A stretch of 11,420 nt of DNA from Methanotrichaceae archaeon (GTDB lineage Archaea > Halobacteriota > Methanosarcinia > Methanotrichales > Methanotrichaceae), in assembly GCA_963754945.1 (NCBI GenBank), contig CAVWIG010000002.1, forward strand, positions 1 to 11,420, in the 5' to 3' direction. The number at the start of each line of letters is the position of its first letter. Position 1 is the stretch's first letter. The position numbers and the translations under genes were made by a program. The notes under the pieces were generated by a model. That model made no database searches. It was not told the origin of the DNA and worked only from the letters and a program-made list of their open reading frames with translations. Positions 6,525-11,420 of the stretch are shown here, one piece after another.

Positions 6525-7805
6525 TCATATCCGATCCACCATTTGAGTCATCCTGAATGATCCGTCAAGGATTTGTTGTTTGAGCTCCCCTGCTAACCTG
6601 ATAGCCCGGGCTCGATCAGATTGACGGAGGACAACAGGGATCCTCCTGTCCTCAAAGTTGATTGCTCCTAGATTTCCTCCGAAAGCGCCGCCAACGCACT
6701 GTGTTACGCATAGACCGCAGTTGAAGCATCTCTCTTTGTTTCGTTTTACTCGATCGCCCTCAAAGGTTATCGCCCTCATGGGGCAGACAGGTTCCACTGC
6801 ACAGCTTATGCAGTTAACGCATTTGCTCGGATCGAACTCCGTCTCCAGGTCCGTCTCGCCCCAGACGTCGTCGTAGCTTGTCTTGCAGATCGTCTGTCTC
6901 GCATTTACATCCATGATTGGGAGCTGTATATCCCTATCCAGCTTCTTTATGTTCTCCAACATTGACTCACTCAGCACAGGGATCGGTACAGCCCAGGAGC
7001 CGATACATTCGGGTCCTGCGGAAGTCACGAAGCCGCCCATGTACTCCGGATTCATCTGGTGCATATCTGCCAACCCTAAGAGATTCGGCCTGGATGCCAT
7101 GCTTCGAGATCCGGTGCCTATCACAAATCCCTGGGCTCCGTTGATGAGGACACGTGTGCCTATGCCAATCGTCTCAAGGTTTGGATCGTTCTGAATTGGA
7201 TTGAGCTGGCCGCATCCAGAGACCGTGGCGCAGGTCAGGTTTGGCGGAAAATCAAGGGCACTGAAGATCGTTGGCAGAGAAGCACTTGTAGGGTTGACGA
7301 AGGCTACATAGTTCCTGAAGGCGTTTCTTGTTGAGAATATGCGAGCGTAGGGGATATTCTTCAGCTCTATTGCCTTTGTAAAGGATTTACCCTCCTTCGT
7401 CTCGACCTCAACCTTAACATCCGAACCATCAACGAGATCCCTGAAGAGATGTCCGCCACCGTAATTCGGCTTCTCTTTGCTGTGGGATGTACCAAAGACC
7501 ATAAGGTCGATGATGCCCAGCCGTTCGTTCGGGCACGGCCCGATGCTGACAGGGACACCGTTGATCCAGGCGTGCTCTGCACGGGTGAACGAGCAAGGCT
7601 CTCCAATGGGGAATGACAGCACGGCATAGGTCCCGCTCATGATGGCCCTGGTTGCGGTGGTGACTACATCCACGTCCTTAAGAGCGAGATCAACGCCATC
7701 CTTGACAACGTCACAGACCTCCTGGGCGGTCAGCACAACTGCATTCCCTTTCGCGATTCGCTCATTTATCTCTGCTATCGATTTCGAATTTGCATTGCCT
7801 ACCAT
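6525..7805 (-). CDS. Methanogenesis marker 16 metalloprotein (DUF39/homocysteine-biosynthesis-like domain plus C-terminal 2x[4Fe-4S]); proposed coenzyme M synthase ComF family
   Basis: KSIAEINERI..G.AVVLTAQE, DVDVVTTATRAIMSGT, GPCPNERLG, YGGGHLFRDLV, SGCGQLNPIQND, GPEC, CVNCISC..VCP, CFNCGLCVTQC and LRQSDRARA. ATG 7805 is preferred; 7841 is the alternative. Confidence 0.88.
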   Translation of the reverse strand: MVGNANSKSIAEINERIAKGNAVVLTAQEVCDVVKDGVDLALKDVDVVTTATRAIMSGTYAVLSFPIGEPCSFTRAEHAWINGVPVSIGPCPNERLGIIDLMVFGTSHSKEKPNYGGGHLFRDLVDGSDVKVEVETKEGKSFTKAIELKNIPYARIFSTRNAFRNYVAFVNPTSASLPTIFSALDFPPNLTCATVSGCGQLNPIQNDPNLETIGIGTRVLINGAQGFVIGTGSRSMASRPNLLGLADMHQMNPEYMGGFVTSAGPECIGSWAVPIPVLSESMLENIKKLDRDIQLPIMDVNARQTICKTSYDDVWGETDLETEFDPSKCVNCISCAVEPVCPMRAITFEGDRVKRNKERCFNCGLCVTQCVGGAFGGNLGAINFEDRRIPVVLRQSDRARAIRLAGELKQQILDGSFRMTQMVDRI

Positions 7806-7954
7806 GCCTTCATCTCTTGGAACGCGCGCTCGGACCATCACTTTCGCTACAGGATGATCGCCTCAAATCAACTTAAATATGCTGCTCAGAACTGTGATTT
7901 ATAGAATTAAATCTGCGCATTTGCATTTAAGGCGTCCATATGGAGAAGTCCACT

Positions 7955-8608
7955 TCATGGTGATGCCCCTTTCAGGGAGACGAATATGTTCCATGCACCC
8001 ATAGCCACGAAATTGACTGCTATGGCTCCAAGAATCAGACCCTGAATCCTTGTCAAAACCATGATACCAGTTACTCCCAGAGCCTTATCTATGTACTCCG
8101 AGGACCTGAGGATCAGGTATGTAGCGGCGAAGGTCAAAACGAGGGCCACCAAGACAAGAGCTTTCTGAAAAATGGTCAGAGCAGTGCCCATTTGAACGAT
8201 CACCGTGGTTATGGCTCCTGGACCGGTGATAAGTGGCATAGCCAGGGGGAACACCGATATGTCCTCCCGCAAGTTGGCATCCTGAAGCTCAGCCTCAGTC
8301 ACCTTCTTGTGCTCCTTTTCTCCTCTTAGCATGTCTATGGCCACCAGGAAAAGCAGCACTCCGCCAGCCACTCGCAGAGAATCCACAGTGATCCCGAAGA
8401 ACTGGAGGATCAAGTTTCCACCGACAGCAAATAGAAGAGCGATCGCAAAGGCGACCGAGGTCGTGCGCAAGGATATCCTCTTTCGTTCCTCCAAGCTTGC
8501 GACCGGGGTTAAAGTAATGAAAGTTATTGTCGCCTGGATAGGGTTGACTATGGTGAAGAAGGAGGCGAACACATAAAGGAAGTAGAAAATAAAGTCAACC
8601 GATGCCAT
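7955..8608 (-). CDS. MarC-family integral membrane protein
   Basis: About 6 hydrophobic segments. Motifs FTIVNP, ILQFFGITVDSLRVAGGVLLF, ISVFPLAMPLITGPGAIT and LTRIQGLILGAIAV. ATG 8608 is preferred over TTG 8620. Confidence 0.92.
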   Translation of the reverse strand: MASVDFIFYFLYVFASFFTIVNPIQATITFITLTPVASLEERKRISLRTTSVAFAIALLFAVGGNLILQFFGITVDSLRVAGGVLLFLVAIDMLRGEKEHKKVTEAELQDANLREDISVFPLAMPLITGPGAITTVIVQMGTALTIFQKALVLVALVLTFAATYLILRSSEYIDKALGVTGIMVLTRIQGLILGAIAVNFVAMGAWNIFVSLKGASP

Positions 8609-8625
8609 GTATCGTTGCAACCATG

Positions 8626-9078
8626 CTAGCCAAGCTTAGGGACCGTCTCATCTCCGTCTGACGGGTCACCATTGAGCATCTTTAGCACCTTTCCCGAGAT
8701 AAGGGCAAAAGCTCCAGCCAGCCCTGCTGCGATTAACGCTTTATCTCTTCCCCTCTTTCCGGTGGCAAGGCCCACGGCAGCTCCCAGGATCATCGATACC
8801 AGGTACTCGGGTGCATCGTTGACCAAATGGCCCAAGGGGTCGCTGTCTGCATCAACGATGTCCCTATGAAGAACCCATTTATCATCAAACTCGTGGACGT
8901 GAGCCCCATTCGGTCCGCGAAACTGCCTTCCTGCGCCTTCAACGTACTCTCCCAGAACCGTCTCTTTGAAGCACTCCGGAAGCACCGGGAAACGCTCCTT
9001 GGGCATGCTGTACCTAACATGGCAAGGCACTGTTTTGATCCAGCAGCAGAATTCCTGGCAGCTTCGGTTGCAATTCAT
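8626..9078 (-). CDS. Hypothetical membrane-anchored protein with a Cys-rich N-terminus and His/Asp motif
   Basis: 150 aa. N-terminal CxxxCxxxCC, then GAGRQFR..HVHEFDD..LHRD..D..DPLGHL..DAPE, then two Gly/Ala-rich hydrophobic segments. TTTTTAAG box (minus strand 9107-9100) about 22 nt upstream. Probably co-transcribed with the MarC gene. Confidence 0.8.
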   Translation of the reverse strand: MNCNRSCQEFCCWIKTVPCHVRYSMPKERFPVLPECFKETVLGEYVEGAGRQFRGPNGAHVHEFDDKWVLHRDIVDADSDPLGHLVNDAPEYLVSMILGAAVGLATGKRGRDKALIAAGLAGAFALISGKVLKMLNGDPSDGDETVPKLG

Positions 9079-9232
9079 AGCAAAGAATTGCCTTCAAAGC
9101 TTAAAAAGCTGACTAGGATTATCGGCCGAACTTGGGGACGGTTGAACTTGTAAGAACGGCAAGCTGGAAACGAAATTGAGGGCTGAAAAATCTGTATGGA
9201 TCGAATCTTGCTGACAGTTGTTGTCGTGCTGC

Positions 9233-9282
9233 TCAAAGCTTTATATTGCTTGAGATTAGTGAGCGTGCAGAAGAGGTTGAGG
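9233..9282 (+). promoter_or_regulatory. Putative BRE/TATA and RBS of the surface-protein gene
   Basis: CTCAAAG then CTTTATAT (9239-9246). GAGG at 9279-9282 precedes ATG 9289. Confidence 0.55.
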
Positions 9283-9288
9283 CTAAAG

Positions 9289-11115
9289 ATGAGGAACTCC
9301 ACGGTTATCATGCTGGCGGCGATGATGGCGTTGCTTCTAAGCACAGCAGACTCTACATTCTATGTGAAACCTGGACAAAGCATCCAAACGGCAATAAATG
9401 CTGCTTCATCTGGGCAGATAGTCGTGGTACAAAACGGTACTTATCACGAGAGGGTCAATGTAACCAAACCACTCACACTCAAAGGCGTGGACAAACCGGT
9501 GGTAGATGCCGGTGGGAAGGGAAGCGCTATAACAATTTCAGCCAACGGCTCGACTCTTTTGGGATTTACCGCTGTCGGCTCCGGAAAAGGATGGAACGAC
9601 GCTGGAATTAAAGTGCTCTCTCGTGAGAACATAATAAAGGGCAATGCTGCATTGAAAAATAACAACTTCGGGATTCTCCTTTACCATGCGGGCAATGACA
9701 CCATTGCCAGCAACGTTGCCGAAGGGAACAAGAACACCGGCATTATGCTTGTGCACGCTAACGGCAATCAAATATGGGGAAATAATATAGTTATGAATCG
9801 AGATGGCATATCCATTCAGACCTCCAGGAGCAATGTCGTCAAAACCAATAACCTGACCATGAATAAAATCGGAATCAATATCTCAAACAACAACTTCACC
9901 GAGAGCATCAGCACCAGCTCAAGTGGAAATGGCAAGGGAGTGTCCATAAAATACCGTCCTGCCGGCGGGGTTACCAGTTATAACATTAACAGGACGAGCA
10001 CGGTTTCTCCGGGCATCAATCTCCTCTATCAGAACAACCTTCAGGATAACAACCAGAATGCCTTCGATGACGGGTATAACCAGTGGGACAACGGCAAGGT
10101 CGGCAACCACTACAATAGTTACGATGCCCGGGAACAGGGCTGCAAAGACCGCAACAGGGACGGGATCTGCGATTCCGGGTACAGTATTCCAGGAGGAAGC
10201 AATGTGGACAGGTTCCCCAAGGCTTCTATCGACGCCATACTCAGTTACAAGTCCAAGGGGTTGATGGGTTCTGAGCTTAAGATCGACCATAGAACTTACT
10301 TGCCTGGTAGTGATGTTGATGTGATGTATTTGGCTCCGAAGAACTTCTCAGGCGGGGTAGGAGTCGTTAGGGCAGATCTCCCAAGTGGAAATGTCGATCA
10401 GAAAAAGTCTCTATCTTACCAAAGAATAGCGGGCACATCCGGTTTACTGAACCTAAAGGCTCCGCCAGACAACGGGTCTTACAACCTGAGGATGTATAAC
10501 GCTAGCGGAGACGAGCTGACCTCCCTGGAATTCCATGTCAACGTCCCGACACTCACCGCATCGCCGGCTTCGGTTAACGCTTGCGAGATGGTCACTGTCA
10601 AATACACCGCGGCTCCGGGATACGAGAACGATTGGGTCGCCATGTACAAATCCGGGTCACCGGACGGCAGCTACCTAACCAGGCAGTATATAGACGGAAA
10701 CGAGAACGGCACTGTGACCCTGGAAGCTCCTGATCCTGGCAGCTACGACTTCAGGCTCTTCGAGAACGACAGCTTCACAAAGCTTGCCACAAGCAACGAC
10801 ATAGAGGCCAAGGCTATGGCTGGGAACAAAGTCATAGCCTCGCCATCCCATATCGCACCGGGAGGAACAGTCACGGTCACCTACTGGGGAGCGCCTCCAG
10901 AAGGAACGGGCGTGGTCGGCATGTACGGCGTGAACAGGCCAGACAAGTTCTACCTTGATATGAGGTCCATTGGAAGCAAGAGCTGCGGCAGCATAACTTG
11001 GCAACCCCCCGGTCCAGGTCAGTACGACTTCAGGATGTTCCGGTCTGCGATCACCGAGGTCGGTCAGGGGGCTTACCAGATCCTGGGCCAGAGCAACGTG
11101 GTAACTGTGGGCTAA
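9289..11115 (+). CDS. Secreted/cell-surface protein: NosD/CASH-type parallel beta-helix plus three C-terminal Ig-like repeats
   Basis: Signal peptide MRNSTVIMLAAMMALLLSTADS. SIQTAINAA..G..V.VQNGTYHE, Asn-ladder repeats (GI.L..S..N.I..N), NQWDNGKVGNHY and DRNRDGICD. Three ~90-100 aa repeats ending G.Y(N/D)(L/F)R(M/L)(Y/F). The ORF-track start at 9196 overlaps the promoter. Confidence 0.88.
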   Translation: MRNSTVIMLAAMMALLLSTADSTFYVKPGQSIQTAINAASSGQIVVVQNGTYHERVNVTKPLTLKGVDKPVVDAGGKGSAITISANGSTLLGFTAVGSGKGWNDAGIKVLSRENIIKGNAALKNNNFGILLYHAGNDTIASNVAEGNKNTGIMLVHANGNQIWGNNIVMNRDGISIQTSRSNVVKTNNLTMNKIGINISNNNFTESISTSSSGNGKGVSIKYRPAGGVTSYNINRTSTVSPGINLLYQNNLQDNNQNAFDDGYNQWDNGKVGNHYNSYDAREQGCKDRNRDGICDSGYSIPGGSNVDRFPKASIDAILSYKSKGLMGSELKIDHRTYLPGSDVDVMYLAPKNFSGGVGVVRADLPSGNVDQKKSLSYQRIAGTSGLLNLKAPPDNGSYNLRMYNASGDELTSLEFHVNVPTLTASPASVNACEMVTVKYTAAPGYENDWVAMYKSGSPDGSYLTRQYIDGNENGTVTLEAPDPGSYDFRLFENDSFTKLATSNDIEAKAMAGNKVIASPSHIAPGGTVTVTYWGAPPEGTGVVGMYGVNRPDKFYLDMRSIGSKSCGSITWQPPGPGQYDFRMFRSAITEVGQGAYQILGQSNVVTVG

Positions 11116-11178
11116 CTGTTGAACCCAGAGTCGGGTGCTGCTCTAATCAGGAGCCGTTTGGAACAAGCCAGGACAGAG

Positions 11179-11215
11179 GGGAAGAGGACTTCTTCCCTAC
11201 CTCCTCTCCGCTTTT
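11179..11215 (+). terminator. Possible terminator hairpin after the surface-protein gene
   Basis: GGGAAGA (11179-11185), loop GGACT, TCTTCCC (11191-11197), followed by a pyrimidine-rich tract ending CTTTT. Confidence 0.4.
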
Positions 11216-11240
11216 AGTGAGATTCATGACGCAGATCTCC

Positions 11241-11420
11241 AAGTGTTGCGTCAATTTTGTAATGCCATAAAATATATATGATATATAATGTATTATCTTT
11301 ATAATCAACCTGGGAGAATTGGATATGAAGAAATACATTTGTGACGCTTTCCGAAGACGAACGAAAAGCTCTTGGCGAGCTTGCGTCCAAGGGTAAGCAA
11401 AATCTCAAAAAATCCTCGAT
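11241..11420 (+). mobile_element. Left end of a degenerate IS630-family-like element (runs off the window)
   Basis: Candidate terminal sequence AAGTGTTGCGTCAA at 11241, AT-rich promoter-like region at 11269-11303, GGAG RBS, then a transposase-like N-terminus. Confidence 0.55.
11325..11420 (+). pseudogene. Frameshifted IS630-like transposase N-terminus (helix-turn-helix region), partial
   Basis: ATG 11325 gives MKKYI. After one extra T (~11340) the frame reads VTLSEDERKALGELASKGKQ, and after one missing A (~11402) it reads SQKILD. The reconstruction MKKYIVTLSEDERKALGELASKGKQKSQKIL resembles IS630 N-termini. The uncorrected frame stops at TAA 11394-11396. Confidence 0.7.

Noticed and set aside
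9196-9288. Longer hydrophobic N-terminus of the surface protein
   Set aside because: It spans the TATA box at 9239-9246. ATG 9289 has an RBS and a canonical signal peptide.
9289-10230. nosD as part of a nitrous-oxide reductase cluster
   Set aside because: No nosZ, nosF or nosY is nearby. NosD-like beta-helices are common in methanogen surface proteins.
45-11253. Whole window as cargo of a composite transposon
   Set aside because: The content is mostly housekeeping methanogen genes, and the two candidate IS ends match only weakly.

Overview
Chromosomal window from a methanogenic archaeon. The gene content (mfnB, methanogenesis marker 16), archaeal TATA boxes and GGAGG ribosome-binding sites suggest Methanosarcinales/Methanotrichales, possibly Methanothrix-like; this taxonomy is an inference. 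From left to right it holds: an AT-rich stretch with a 13-bp inverted repeat and an unannotated 53-aa antitoxin-like ORF; an extremely Met-rich secreted protein (57 of 169 residues Met) divergently paired with msrB; a DUF362/2x[4Fe-4S] protein; serA with a long structured leader containing a Ser-rich micro-ORF; mfnB head-to-head (26 bp) with a HisA/HisF-like TIM-barrel gene; methanogenesis marker 16; a MarC-family membrane protein downstream of a conserved-looking Cys/His-rich membrane protein; a secreted beta-helix plus three Ig-like repeat protein; and the frameshifted 5' end of an IS630-like transposase. The best candidates for undescribed biology are (1) the Met-rich exported protein/MsrB pair, a possible recyclable oxidant or soft-metal sink, and (2) a possible serine-sensing leader peptide upstream of archaeal serA. 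All family assignments come from motif recognition, not database searches.
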